64,000 nt of DNA from the human T2T-CHM13v2.0 reference genome, Homo sapiens, in assembly GCF_009914755.1 (NCBI RefSeq), contig NC_060928.1. The stretch is one strand, 5' to 3'. Positions 25,569 through 40,935 of this stretch are shown one piece after another (position 1 is the stretch's first letter; the number at the start of each line of letters is the position of its first letter). The notes beneath the pieces were generated by a model. The model was not told the origin of the DNA, searched no databases, and saw only the letters and a program-made list of their open reading frames with translations. The translations under genes and the position numbers were made by a program.

Positions 25569-28500
25569 TTGTGGTTGCTATTATCGTTAATATTATCCTA
25601 GCACTACCTCCTAATCTGTCTAGTTTTAAGGTGAAGGTTATCTGCAGAAAATCTTAATAACTTTATTGAAATCTTGATTCCTTTTCAATGTCTCCTGTTA
25701 GGAAAAAAGTATAGAATCATCTGTCAACCAATCAATCAATCATCATAGTATAAATATTATATGCTGATTATAAATTTAGCTTAACATATTGGCCACAATT
25801 TATCAACATAATAGTAGAGAAATACACTTTCTCAGTGGAGCCACCCTACAGATATTCCTCCTGGCTGAGGAGTAGAGCATTCAAAAGTCTGAAAAGTAAT
25901 TTGAAAATATCTTAGAATGGTCCTTATTCCAAATATAGGGGAATAATTTATGCCAGATGGCTTTATTTTCTACAACTGCCAAGGAATACTTAAAATTTTC
26001 CAGTCTGCATGTTGTATATGTCCTCCAAGTGAAAAATCACTAAATTAAAAGGTTTTTGTTTTTGTTGTAGAGGGGCAGTTTTACAACGGAATTAATTTGT
26101 TGTTAACTTCCATCTCTGGAAATCAGAATAACATATTAAAGATGTCTCACATGTAATCATCTTATATTCAGCTGGAATTTAAAGCAACATGGCCTAGGAG
26201 GCTGCTTCAGAACCTAAAGCTTGAGCCCCATGACTGTATCAGAGTAGACACAGGTGACTTTGGGACTGCTTCCTACTAAGAATAGTACAAATGGTCATTT
26301 CTTCATGGCCACCAATGAATCTGTAAGTGCCCTGCAAGTGCAAAATGCAAGGGATGTTTTAAGTAATAACATTAGTAACTTCCTCACTAGGAGATTATGA
26401 CAAATAATTAATCAGTAGCTTGCAAGGTACTCTGGCATTCCAATGTCATTAGTTTTGGCCATCACCGTGGAAGCAAATCACAATGTTGTTTCCACTGAAA
26501 ATGTGACAAGATCAGACACTTAAGGGCAGTTGTTAAATCTGCAGGATAGAAAATGATCTTTTTTATTTATTTATTTAAGACCCGTCAAAGCAGTCACTTA
26601 AAATAGAAACAAGTTAAAAGACATGTCTCACTTTTAAACACATCACTGCCTACATGAGGAGATATATCCGTAAATATAATCCAACGTGCATGATTTGATG
26701 ACATTTGCTTATTTCACTTTCTTTTCTGCAAGTATCTATGCTGTATCCTAGATCACAAGTCACACCCATCACAGATACTCTCTCAAATCACTCTGACTTC
26801 TAAAAATAAAAGTCAGTCTTCCTATCTTCTCCTGCTGGGTAGTTATTCATTAATAGGTTTGCTATTTGATATCTTATTCCTTTGACTATAGCTATTCAAG
26901 CTTCCCAAAGGAAAATTACCAATTAAAACTGAATTGAAAAATCTTTCCTTCTGACCACCAACCTGATTTCCTCCCATGATAAAATGAGAACATTTCACAT
27001 TTAATTACATGCTTCAAGTTTGAAGCTATGGGTATACCATCCTGAAATTACGAGCCAGGATTTTAGAGCCAATATCTTGCAGAGCTTTATTTGACTCAAC
27101 ATTCATCTGATGGATCAATATTAATAGAGTACCACGTTTCAGGCCCTAGACTGTTGAATTGTATCAGATTTAAATCCTGCAGATCTGTGTAAAAATGGAT
27201 ATAATGAATCTGGTATCAATAAGAGCTGTGAGTGTGGCACAAGAAATCACAGGATCATAGATTCTCAGATGTAAAAATGGCTTTAAAAAGTATTCAAGTT
27301 GAACGTACACCTTTTCTAGATGAGGAAATAAATTTAAAAATCTTAAGTTTCCATAGTAACAAATAGTAAAGAATCTTGAGAACACAGTTTCCCTAATTCA
27401 CAGTTTGCTTATATCATAGTCTGATAGGAAATGGAGAAGGATTTTCATTTTCAGTTTAGATCAATGTCCAGGAAGTTAAATAACTCGAAATACTCTAGAT
27501 AATTTGTTATTTTACCTAAACTTTCCAAAGATTACATTTATAATTAGAATATTAAAAGTCGAGTTTCAGGACTTTTCAAAAACTGCAACTATTTAAATGT
27601 TGTGAAAATTTTAATAAGGGAATATCATGAGTGAGATAATTCCCATTGGCCTAAATGTAAGCATAGCCTATGTGGTCATAGGATCCCCAGCCCCATTTAA
27701 ACTGTCTTCTCTTCTAACTGTATTTCAGAATATAATTTAGAATATATTATGTTAATCACAGGAAAAGCCCCTAAATCAGGAAATTACTCAAAAGACATAA
27801 GCCAGTGTCACTGCTTTGAACATCATAGACTGTTTCTAATGATTATGGACAAGTTTGCTACAAAAGAAAGAGCAATCTTGGGCAACATTAAGCAAAATGC
27901 CCACTCATGGGAGTTGTGAGTTCTACCCACATGTGTACTTTTCTTGACATGGTATTCTAAGGGAAGGGTTCCTGTAAACTAGAGGATACCAGAGCATGGT
28001 AACAAAGGTAATGATAGTGGGGTTTGGGAAACCTGGCAGATCAGGAAAGACTGAAGACATTGAGAATAAGAAAAATCCATTGCACTGGAGAAGAGGAAAA
28101 TTTATGATTAAGTGGTTGTTGATTTCAAATAATCAAATGCTATGTAGTGTAAGGCGTAGGCTGCCTTGGAAAGGAGCGCAAGTGTGTGAAGTAGGGAGAG
28201 ATCGCCTATGTATCATGTCCTATCATGCAATACGACGTCTTTTTAGATATTTTTTTTCATATACTGCAAGCAGTCGTACTGGTTGGTATTAGTTTTTGTA
28301 TAAGCTCAAAATGGTTTCAAAATTTGATTGAGTAGCAGATCAGGGCTTTTATCCCTGTCTGTCTAATGAAAAAACCATATTCCTTTCACTTCATGATTGA
28401 GATCCCTTAAGCACAGGTTTTCTGCTACCTCTCAGAAGCAGGGAGATGTGGTTTCCTGCCAGTTGTAAGATTAGATTCAGTGACCTCTAAAATTACTTTC

Positions 28501-29460
28501 ATCTTTACTTTCCTGTGATTCTTTGATCCTATGAAAACATAACTGCAGTACTCCAGAGATGCATATTTTTTCTACTAATAGAATACTTGACTGTTCAATA
28601 AGAAATAGTGGAGTTGGGGGCAAATTGGAAGAATACAAAGCATGCTGAAATTGTATTTGGTCTCTAAAATTGTTCATGCTCAGTCTTATCTATTTTCAAC
28701 TTCAATATTGAAAATAAAAACAAAACTACATGAATATATTTAAATGTATTAATTTTTCACTATCACTTTTTATACCTTTTGTTCCAGTTCAATGTTTTTG
28801 TTTTATAAAATTCCGAGAAAATAGGAATATCCTCTCATCAGAAGAAGCCAGGTACTAAGTAATAATAATTTCAGAGGATGTCTAAACATTGCTTTGAAGA
28901 GAAATTTCGGAAGTACCTATGGCCAGAATTATAACTCAAGAACAGTTAGGAAAGTGGCCTGGTATGAAATTTTAAAAAGTGCTTTATTAAAAAAAAAAGG
29001 AAAAATGAAAGAGAGACATAATGAGTTGAGAGTATAATTGCTTCCATTAAATCATTTCAAATAACTGATTCCAGTTTTGATCTTTGAATTTTAGAAAGGA
29101 AAATATTTGGATCAAGTCTACAGAGAAATATCACAAATGATTAAAGGACCAAGAAAAAAAAATCTTGTGAAGTGTTTAAGGTTAGTTTTGTTTGCATAAA
29201 AGAATGCTAATATGTGATATGATCACTGTATTTAAATATATGTAAGATGGAAAATTTTTGATATATCAATTTTTATTTTGCTGTTTTTTTTTCTTCTTAC
29301 TTTTTTAGGCTATTGTTTAAAATGTGTGCCCAAGGGAATTTTAGCAGTACTGGAAGCAATAGCTGCCTGAACTAAATTAATTTATCCTTTATTCATGACA
29401 GAAAATTTGAAGTTTCCATTGCGGGTTGGGGGGGTAATACAGAATAAAAGGATCTTTTAG

Positions 29461-29545
29461 GGTAGAGAGAGAAAGAGAAACAGAAAAGAAAAAGAAGGGA
29501 GAAGTGGGGGAAGAAGAGGAGGGAGGAAGGAGAGGGAGAGACAAA
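29461..29545. repeat. Polypurine (GA-rich) low-complexity tract
   Basis: agagagagaaaagagaaacagaaaagaaaaagaagggagaagtgggggaagaagaggagggaggaaggagagggagag. Confidence 0.85.
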
Positions 29546-30727
29546 CACAGATACAGCAGTGACAGGAGAGAAGACAAGGGGCAGTGTTTGTCCAGGAGGG
29601 TGAAGCCTTGTTCGTTGTTCACTTGCCTGGTGAGGGAGCCCAATAGCAGGGGATGCTGCAGGATGCATGGCTGACCCTTGGTCGTTAGTCAGCTTCCCCA
29701 AAGATTCTCCTGTATTGAGTTAGGCTTGGATAAAGTGAAATGAAAAGGTGTGATAGTACCGTAATGTATAGGAAATGGGCACATCAGTGGCTAATGACTG
29801 ATACAGAAAAGTCTCAAAGCTCAGTGCAAGGGAAGACTTGTGGCTGGAGGAGAGCGTAAAATAATAGAGATTGACTTTCCACCCACTTTGCTAGATAGGA
29901 GCTGAAATATGCAATGAAGCTTGTTGAAAGAAAAATTTTTGAAAGAAATGAAACAACAAAAATACATATCTGACATATCTTAGTTAGTAGAAAGATAAAT
30001 AGGGGATTTCTACAAAGAAATAGGTAAATAGATATAGATCTAGAACTCGTTTTCTGGTTCCAATACCATGTAATTATGCTTTTCTCTGTACAGAAACTCT
30101 AACAAGATGACTTAGTTTTAATTGCTTGAAAATAACAGTCAGATAAAAGGAAGGAGACTAGTGTCTTAAACATTCTGTAGGTGTGTTTGTTGCTAAGGTA
30201 CTTTAAAATGTGAACAATCATGTTTCACTGCTCTAGTTTGTCATTCTCCTGGAGTCTGGGATAACTTTAATTCCCAGTTAAGAGGACATTAACACGTAAA
30301 ATTACTGTCTAAGCCTTCTGATTCTATTCTTGATAAGCACTAGTCAGAGAATAGGAGGTAAATTCATCACGACACCTGGCTTCCCTTGTGAAGCAAGAAA
30401 CCTAGCTGAGAAGGCAGTCTGACTCCAGGGCTGCTCTTAGCTCCCAAATAAAAATAAAAGTCCACATGTACCTTAGATTATAGCCTAAGTTCTGAAAGTA
30501 GCCTGGGAAATTTAGCAGAAATCAATAATAAAAAAATTAGGATATGAGTAACACGAAAAAAAATTAGCTCATCTCCCTATTATCTAACTCCATTAAGTCT
30601 GAAGTTCTTCCCCTTAAAATGAGAAGGTTAACATCCATACCATAGGATTATTGTGAGAATTATGTAAAGGTACTCAGAACGTGCTCAATAGTAAAAATAA
30701 ATAAATAAAAAATTTAATATCCCTTTT

Positions 30728-31033
<306 letters not shown>

Positions 31034-31079
31034 TAATATCCCTTTTGTTTCTCTTCCTGTGCCAAATCTCAGTTCTTAC

Positions 31080-31720
31080 ATAGACAGTGAGTACCTTGCC
31101 ATTGCTCAGTTCTGGCTCTTTTTTCTCTAATATTGAAATGCCTCAGGATTCAGCACAGCATCCTTTGTTTTACATATATTTTATTTAGTTCAAACAAACA
31201 GTTCCAGACTTTAATGTCATTTGATGCTGCATTACAGACACATGTACTGCATCTCCACTTAGCTGTCTAACAGACATGTTAGGTAACAAGGCTAAAACAT
31301 AATTTAAGTCCTGCTTACTCTGCTGCCACCTCAGATCAGCTCTTCCCTTTCTTTCTATCACAGGAAATGACACTCACCCACTTTCAGACATCTGTATTAA
31401 ACACCTCAGTCCTCCTTGATGCTTTTGTATTCTCTATACTCCATAGCCATCCATCAGCAAGTCAGACCATTCAGCAAGATCTCCACTACTGCCTGTCATC
31501 TACCGTCACTTGTTCTCCTACTGTCAGAAGCTGTTTTCCTGTCTTTTACCATGCTTGCCCCTCTATTAAGTTTCACTAACTCCTAATATATCCATTTAGA
31601 CACATAGCAAAGCAACCAATGCACAATGCTAGTGGCATAGTAAAAATACTTCCCGAAGAGCTTCCATGGAATCAAAATTCAGCTGTATCCTAGCTATGCA
31701 CAGGGAGCCAAGCTTGTCAA
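31080..31720 (+). mobile_element. L2 fragments
   Basis: catctccacttagctgtctaacagacat...cctcagtcctccttgatgct...catccatcagcaagtc, L2-like. Confidence 0.55.
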
Positions 31721-31896
31721 AAAAGCAGTGGTGCTTATCCAACTGCAGGAAAGTGGAAATCTTTTCAACTGCTCATCACCAAGAGATTGAAGCTCTTGAA
31801 TCTCAAGGAGGAAGTTTATCTACAGCCTCTTTCTGTACAATGTCTTGTTTTTAAACTTGTTTCTCAAGTTTTTCAACCCCCTTTTCCACTGCCAAT

Positions 31897-32225
<329 letters not shown>

Positions 32226-33089
32226 ATGATTCTATTAGGGTTGAATGCTACCAACTTTTCCCAGTGATAGAATCTTGCTTCTGTTCTTTTTTGCTGCATC
32301 TGAAATGGATGGAGCTAACTATGAACTGGCTCAACATCAAACACCACCATTACCAGTGTTGTATATTCTCAGATACTAACCTCTACTCACTCTTTTAAGT
32401 CAGACCTTCCAAAAGAATCAATTTGAAGTTTTTGTCCTTGGAAGTATTAGAGGATTCATCATCTCCCCAAAAGGATAGGGTCTCTCTCTTTCCTCCATCT
32501 TTATTCTTTTCCCACTTCTATTTCCTAACTAACTTTTCTCTTTAATTCCACTCTACCATGCAAACATCATGATGCTACAATTTATGTTATCAGCTCCTGG
32601 AAATGATGCAAATCATAGGAAAGAGAATAAGATACATTTAAGAATCTTAAGGTTTAGTTTTGGAATAACATGTACATGGCTTAAAACAACAGCAGTTACC
32701 TGACTATGAAAAAGGCAAAATATAAAATATACCAGAGAGGAATAACTTCCAAGGTACAGCTCAAAATGCTTTATATATATCATCATTCATTTCTTCTACA
32801 AAGATTCAAATACCAGGGAAGTTTTCTTAGAGAAACAGAATGTTGTGATGTATAGTGAAGGCCGGATAGGGTTTCAAGGATTAGAAATTAGGTGAGATAG
32901 AGGGGTATAAATAACATGGAAAGCCATGGAAAGAAGAATGGCAGATGTATTTGGGAATGATTCACAGCTAGCTTTGGTCATAATGATGAGGAGGCAAAAA
33001 AAAATGAAAGGAAAATTAAATGCTAGGATATTTTCTGTTTCTTATCTATTTTATACATTTTCTAAAATAAACATTTGCTGTAAGAAATT

Positions 33090-36000
33090 CAGTAAAATGA
33101 GATGAGGCTATGTTGTAAATGTTTGTGGTTGATGACAAACACAGACATCATTCTCTAGATGTAGGGTGGGCAAACACTGAAGACTTATGAGCAGCAAAGT
33201 GGTGGGATTAGCTGTGTTGTAGGATGGCACCTAGCATGAATAAGTAGGGTGGCTTGAGCCAGGACTGAGGGACAAGAGTTGAATAAACTAGGGACATGGA
33301 GACCAATTAGTAGGCTACTACAATAGTAAAGGCAAGAAATAGTGAGAGCTTGAACTGGAGAATGAAGAGGAAAGACTAGGAAGATACAGATTCTAAAACA
33401 GAAGTAATTTAAAAGTAGAAGACAATTAAGATTTTAGATAGAAGATCAGAAAGAGAAAAAATTAAAAAAGTTATTTTCAGGTTTTAGAAAAAATACATTA
33501 TATTTAAACATGCTAAGTTTGATGTATGACGTTAGTTAGATATAGATAATAAAAAGGGAGGTTTGGAGAGGATCTATGCCATGGATCTATTCCTTATATT
33601 TCATGCAAGAAGTAGATTAATTAGATGGAATCATCCACGTAGAGAATACATCACACAGACAAGGGTGGAGGGCAAAACTGGGGGAATGCTTACATTTGTA
33701 TGGCTAGAGAAGAAGGCAGATAGTAAGGAGTGACATAGAAAACAGTCACAGATTCAAAGACTTACTGTGTAAGTAAGTATGTGTCAAATGCTGCAGTTGG
33801 AGCAAGGAGGCTACAAAGGAAACGAGGTCACCAGATTCCATGATTTTGTGATTTGTAGCCTGTGACTTTCAGTCGAATTTTAGGAATAGGGATTAGGTTA
33901 CAAGCAGCTGATGAATGAAGAAATGGAAGGCAGCATTCTATCCTATGGAAACTACTGTGTTCAGAGCACTGATAGTGAAAGAAAAAAAAACACACAGAAC
34001 CTCACCCAGCCAATAGGATTGATGGAACTGTTTTAAGATATATGAAATGAGGATGCTTGGAGGCACAGAGAAAGGGGTAAGTAGGGAAGATCCAAGAATA
34101 ATATGGAATATTTCATCATCTTTTTGTCGTTGTTTCTCAGGAGAACAAAAGTTATTTCAGGGTTAGATATTAGCCATACAATAGATAAGTTTCACTGATT
34201 ATCAAAAAGTCCTTAGTCAGAGTCCACAACCACAAAGCATTCTCTCATTCATCTGAACATGAAACTGAAGAGAAAGGTGTTTAGGAACAGGATGCAGGGA
34301 ACGTAGGAAAGTAACCCAGTTAGAAAATTCACTTTTCCATTTTGTGACACAATCAGAAATTTTTGCAATATATTCTCAGCCCTTTAGTAAGAAAATAAAG
34401 CCAAAATTGAATTTCTGAGCACCTAACAATTAATGTCAAAATAAATTAGAACACCTGTGCTGCTAAGTGTGTTTGAAGTAGCATCTTTGCATATAATTTT
34501 AAAGCCCAATGTTATGAAAATCTCAAGAATGTACATACCTATATAAATGTTAATGCAGTGTATACATCTCCTGAACTGATCCCTTCTTCACATGGTAATT
34601 TGGTTTAAAGCCTTCCAATGAACATATACACAAACAAACACAACGCTACTAATTAGGAACATTTTATTAACACCAGTGACTGTCAAAACGATTATGCCAC
34701 AATGCCTTTGTACTGGCCTTTTAATTTCTAATAACTAAAATTTTTAATTACCGGGAACTAGATTTTGTATCCAACATACTATTTCTGATTATGGTCATTG
34801 GGAAAGCCTTACAAGTGGCTTTCCAGAACTTCAGTATCTACTTAGAGTTAATAAAGAGGTCCATCTAGTTTCCAGATGGCTACTTCCTCTTGTTTTTCTA
34901 ATATTGAGCATTTTTCTTTTTTAAAATTGGTACTGTCCCACTGTAAGTTACAGAGACTTGGCTGTGAATCTTTATTAATCTCTTTCCATTTTTGACCTTT
35001 ACCTCTCAGCTCATCTAAGAATAGGGAATACAGCTTCATGGAATATTTCCCAAAATGTGTGTAATTAAATAAGTTGGGAAATGCTGGGTTAGAAAACTCA
35101 TACAGAATTTCTAATTTACTTTTTTAGTCAAGAGATATTAATTAAGCATCTGCATTGTGCTAGGCTTTTAAGTAACCTGGATACAAAAGTAAAGGAGATA
35201 AATTTCCTATTTTCATGAAACTTATATTCTAGTCAAAAAGGCAGACCGTAAGCAAACAAATATACATTTTATTTTAGGTAATAAGCCCTGAGGAAAAATA
35301 TGAGTGCAAAGGGCTTGAAAGCAGCGAGCGGTGAGGACTTTTTTTCAATAAATTGATCTGGGAAAGCCTTTTTTGAGGGGGTGAGCAAAAGAAGGAGCAT
35401 TTTCAACACTTCACCCTGCAACTTTTTTTATTGGTAATAAAAAAAATGTGTAAACCAATATTCTACAAAACAAACTTTGAGAAGGGCCAAACTACTCTGC
35501 TCCCCTACCTTTCCAAATCTGGGCTCTAGTCATAACTATTGCATAATAAGAAAAAGTGTTATTTATAGCAACTTAAAGTTTTATTATAAGCTAAGGAACA
35601 AGTTTGACAAGATGACCTGGAATGCCAATTGAATTTTAGGAACAATATTTGTTGAGCATATACGATGCTTTAGACCTTTGTTAAAACTAAAATCAACTAC
35701 AATCGAAGACAGTGAGTGATGAGAGCACCAGAAGTAAGTGCTGGCCCAGAGGAGAAAGGGATTAGCTTGGCCTTGGGGATTCATGGGCATCTCCAAGGGT
35801 TCTTGTGAAAGCCAAATTGGTGCCTAAAAGATGTATGAATGTAGTACAGTTGAAGGAGGCGGGTAATCAACTCAGGAGAAGGAAAGAACAGCATGAACAA
35901 AGGTATTAGGAAAAACTAAAGACATATGCAGGGACTGTGAATAATCCAAACTGAGTAGAGGCTAGAGTGAAAAGAAAGAGGAGGGAATAAGGTAGGAAAA

Positions 36001-36350
36001 GCTGATGGATCCTGAAATGGCAGAGGCCCCTAAATTCTAGGTAATTTTAAAATTACTCTGTATGTACTGGGGAGGGACATGACTATTTTTGAACTTTAGG
36101 AAACTACTCTTTGATGGGAATGTGGAAAGTAGATTGGAAGATAAAGGACTGGAGAAAAGGGAATTAAGTGACTACTGCAGTGGTCCCAGTGAAAAGTCAT
36201 AAAGGTCTGGAGTAAAGCAAGAGGAGGAAATGAACGAGACACCATGTATTAAAAAGATGGGAGTGAGTGAATTAGTATCTTAGAGAGCTCACCTTATAAG
36301 GCTTATAGACAGAGGCAGCAATTAAAAACTCCAAGACTGAGGAGACAGTA
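33090..36350 (-). mobile_element. Cluster of decayed L2 fragments (~33090-33980, ~35130-35400, ~35640-36350)
   Basis: Purine-rich antisense L2 motifs, e.g. ggagaccaattagtaggctactacaatagtaaaggcaagaaatag, attaattaagcatctgcattgtgctaggc, aatatttgttgagcat. Confidence 0.55.
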
Positions 36351-36824
36351 TTTTATCTCAGATACATTTTTTTCCTTTCTCCTCTCTCTCTCTCTTTTTA
36401 TAACTACACTGAAGCAGATAATCAGACTGGGTCTAACAGAGCCATCATTTCTGACACTTGCAACGATTCTCTGCAATAATGCTTGAAATGGCTGTGTTGT
36501 TTGTCAAGAAGATGGCTATTAGGGAGAGTACAAAATATCACTTGGAGCCAACAGTGGTAATTTGCTCAGAGTTAACTTTTTTGATAGAAATAAAGAGTGT
36601 TTCAGTAGTTTTATTCTAGGAGAGCCAAGAGAATTCTAAGGGCACCACAGTTTTTTTCTATCCATTTGGTTTGTGCTTTGTTGCACATCAGTCAGAAATG
36701 ACATTTTATATCGACTATTCTGTTCAATTGAATAAGACACGAAGACACAGAGCTTGGAAAAAGGGTATTTTTTCCCTGACTTTTTTGTTTAGGCTTCTGC
36801 TAAATTGCTCAAAGCTTTTCTTCA

Positions 36825-36920
36825 ACTCAGACTGTTAAATTTAGAAGGGACCCTTAGAGATCACCTGGTCCAACCCCTTCATTTTTCAGATGAGAAAGCA
36901 GAGGCCTCCAGAGAAGGACC
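36825..36920 (-). mobile_element. MIR3/MIR fragment
   Basis: gaagggacccttagagatcacctggtccaaccccttcatttttcagatgagaaagcagaggc. Confidence 0.8.
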
Positions 36921-37319
36921 GAGATCTCATTAGTACTCCATGGGGTGTAGAGTAGAGATTATGTGCAGAACAATTAGATTAATGATACTCTTCGGCTCCC
37001 ACAAAATAAAGCAGAATCTCTCCTCTCATCCCCCATCTGTAACAGAGAGGAAAGAGTTGGTTTCATACTTTTCAGGTTTTATATATCTTGAGACATTCCT
37101 GTGCAGAAATACTCCCAGGGATTGCAAGGGAGCAGAGACAAAGAAAGATAGCACAGATAGGAAACAAAAATCTCTCTATTTCCCAGCAATCCCCATGGTA
37201 TTTTCCTTCCTTTTCCTAGATAATTATGGGATGAAATTAGCCTTTCTCAACCTGCCACTGTGGCTGCTGTTGCACCAACTTATAAGCCACTAAGAATTCC
37301 AGGATAAAGAAGAAAGGAA

Positions 37320-37610
37320 ATTAACACTTATTCAAAAGCATCAACTAAATTCATAAAAAGTCAATCATAAAAGTTCCTATGTATTAAGCACTGACTATTT
37401 CACAAATGCTGATCACCTCACCCCAGTGGTCACCTTTAGCTTTCATACCACTCCTGTGAGGTAGGTACAAAGATCCATTCTGCAAATTGGAAAACTCAGA
37501 GATATTAGGTACTATGTCCAAACTCTCACTGGTAACATGAAGTAGAGATATAGAATTTGAATCCAGTTCCTTCTGACACCTAAGTCTGTGCTCTTAACAA
37601 CTGTGCTATA
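37320..37610 (-). mobile_element. MIR
   Basis: ctcctgtgaggtaggtac...aaactcagagatattagg...gaatttgaatccagttccttctgacacctaagtctgtgctcttaac. Confidence 0.7.
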
Positions 37611-40147
37611 CTTTTTTCCTACATTCTCCATTGCACGAGAAACTGCAGATTATAGTACTTGCACACATGGCCTTACAGAATATGTAGGACAGCTCAACAC
37701 TCAGCATAATTGGAGAGTAATAGGTAGTATTCTCTGTAAATGAAATATATGTTCTGAACCTAAACAGTTATCAGAGTGGGCTTAGGCTTAGGGTGACTTG
37801 TGATGTCCCCAGTTCATACCTATTGTCCCAGAAGGATTTACATGGAAGGATGGAAGAAGGGCATCTGGTGAAAGATGACAACATTAAAAAAGAGAGAAAA
37901 AGAAATAAAGAGAGGCAAGGGTTTGTTATGTTTGTGTGTTACATGTTTGCTATATGAGTTGGAGGGGGCAGGTATTTATGTGAACTAAGGTTGAACGATA
38001 AGTGGGGGAGAGCAACAGAGAGGTGTGCTCTGATAAAGGGATGAGCAGATGAGGTGGGCAACCAGCAGAGGCAAAAGCAGCTTGAGAGCTGGTTAAAGAA
38101 AAGCTATTGCAAGATCATAGTATTATACATGATATACTTGGATTTAAAATATTAGCTTGAAAATACTGTGCATGGTAGATTGAAGCAGAGCAGTTGGAAG
38201 CAGAAAAGCCAGTGAGATTATTGCAAAGAATATTGAAATAATCAAGGTGTGAGGCAAATAAAATAGGACCAGGGTGGCAGAACATATCAATGCCAAAGGA
38301 CACATCGAGGGGGAAGAAATGGCAGAATTTTGGGCAACAGACTAGTAATTAAGACTTACATCATTGTTTACAATTACATTGTCAACAACTTTGAGATGCT
38401 ATCACCATGGGCAGTGACAGAATAAGAGAAGCTGGCTTACTGCACTCATGAAGTTTTGGAAGTTTTGGCCAGCAAACCAACATTATAGCACACGTTACCA
38501 GAAAGCATTTTTACAGTAATTAAAAAAAATGTAATGGAAGAATGTAATGGAAGAATCCTATCATCATATAGCACAGAAAACAGGCAATCTGACCTGTTGT
38601 TACATGTATTTTACTTTCAGCAAAAGAGTATCATGTCAAAGTATATGAATTCTGCTAGTTCAAAGTTTGTTGGTTTTGTTCTATGTAAATTTGTACATTT
38701 GTTTTGGCTTATAGTTGCATGAAAACTAAAGACATAGGAAGTTTATGTCTGGTTTTGTGTTTGTATATCTACAAGAAACATAATAAAGAAAATTTATGCC
38801 TGAAAGAAGTTATGTAATAATTACTTTTCCTTAAAGAGGTCTATTTATGACTCAAGCTGAGAAATAGAAATCTAATACAAATAAGGTTGTTTTTTACATC
38901 AATGGCTTTGACAAGCAAGTAGTTATCTATGACTGTATAGGTTAAGCGGACTGGTGGTTTGGAAGTAAAACTGTAAAGGGATAGGAAGAAAATAGATTTA
39001 AAAAAGCAACAATAATAAGTAGTTGTGACTGCATCAAGAAGTATATGTTGTGTATGTCAAATTCTGTAGGAAGAAAAAAAGAATGAAGAAATATAAGAAA
39101 TAAAACTAACCATATAATCTATGATTGGTACTCAAGACTTGGTACAATAGATACACTTGACTAAAATGTGAGTTTTGTCATTATGTGGTGGGCACTAAAT
39201 GTATTTCTTTCCAGAAAGATGAATCTATCAATAAGCAGAAATTCATTTTGTGACAAAATTAATAAATGGCAATTTGTAAGATACATTAAAATACAAAGTA
39301 GAAAGAAATATGAAAGGCAATTCAGACACCATATCTCATTACTCAAAATCACAAAACAATCAACTAAAGGCCTATGTTCTTATCCACGTAAAATACCATT
39401 GATGATGTTGGAAGCTGATTTTATGACTTTTCATCAGGTGATGAATTAATTACTATTGTTAGGCTCCCGCATCACATGGCTCAAATAGTTTTATTTTATT
39501 TTTTGAATTCATTTTTTCTAAATACAAGCAAATAATTCACTGAAAACTGCTGCCAAGAAGTTGGCTAGGGGATAGGGAAGAATTGACTTAGTACAAATGA
39601 GATTCCAAACTTAATCTAATAGTTATCTAAAACATGCTTATGTAGAAATCTGTAGCTAAAATTTACCAGGTTTCTTATCCTTTTGTTTTAGGGGATTGTA
39701 ACCAAAAGGATGTCATTCTGGTAAAAGAAGAATTAGCTGCCTCATTACTTTAACATTTTTCTAATAAGAAGTATTTCAATGAAAAGAATAATTAAAAACA
39801 AAAAAGATTATTAGCTAGTGGATTCTTATAATTCTATAAATATCAGGTTTTTAGAAATTTTCAGTAGATAGCACTGTACACAGCACATAGTGATTCTATA
39901 TATATTATGGGATTCTCAACTCCATTATATACAGGCTTATAATGTAGTGCTTATTTAGTGGGGACTCAGACAATCCTAGGTCTGAATCGGGCTTATTCTC
40001 TTCCTACCTGTGCTATTTAGATGAGCTATACTTTGGTAAATATTCGTTTTGTAATATTTAAAATAGGGATGATAAATTTGTATACACACAAACAAACATG
40101 AACATGTACAGAATCTTTCTTTAGCATGTCTGGCATATGTTAAATAC

Positions 40148-40295
40148 CATCATCCCTTGGTACCTACAGGTGGATTGGCTCCAGGATGGACCACCATGGA
40201 TAACAAAATCTGGAGATGCTCAAGTCTCTTACAGCCAGCCCTCTGGGTCCACAGATACAACCAACCACCCATCAGCTGATGAGGAACCCATAGAT
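40148..40295 (+). mobile_element. MER2-like (TcMar-Tigger) fragment
   Basis: catcccttggtacctacaggtggattggctccagga...ggataacaaaatctggagatgctcaagtctctt. Confidence 0.7.
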
Positions 40296-40802
40296 TTAAT
40301 TACATACAGATAATTATTAAAGAGATTATCTGCAGAATAAATTATTAACATACATAATGACTTCCAAACTTATTTATTCCCTAGGAATTTTTTAAAATTT
40401 CTCTAGAAATTGCTACCTGATTGAGTATAATACATGTTCCTCTGTGTTGAGATATGTAAACTAGAGAAGTTGCATATTTGTATAAGTTAAAATAAATATA
40501 TAGGTTTCTCTCTTCTCCCTCTATTCCTCCACAAACAAGCACATATTTATAAAAGAACATTAATCCTCAAAAAGATACTACAGCCAAGAACACATTGAAT
40601 ACTTTCATTAAACATTGTTTTGAACATAATACCTTTACTTTATCATCTACTGGCTAAAATTCATAGTGCTTAAATTGCCTAGTTTTCTAAGACAGACTTT
40701 CCTATACAGTATTCCGTAAGTATTGTTATAGAATACTAGATGCTGGGTTAACAAAAGTTAAGTTCTTTTATGGTAGAGTTTTCCTAAGACTTTAATATCT
40801 AA

Positions 40803-40935
40803 GTGAGACTTCTGGGAGCTAGCAACATGCTATTTCTTGGACTTGGGTGGTGGTTTCATCGGTTTTTGCTTTATAATTATGTTTTTGAAATGTACATCTA
40901 TTTTTTATTCACTTTACTGTAAATACATAAAAAAG
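40803..40935 (+). mobile_element. Ancient L1M 3' UTR fragment
   Basis: gagacttctgggagctagcaacatgctatttcttggacttgggtggtggtttcat... Confidence 0.6.
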
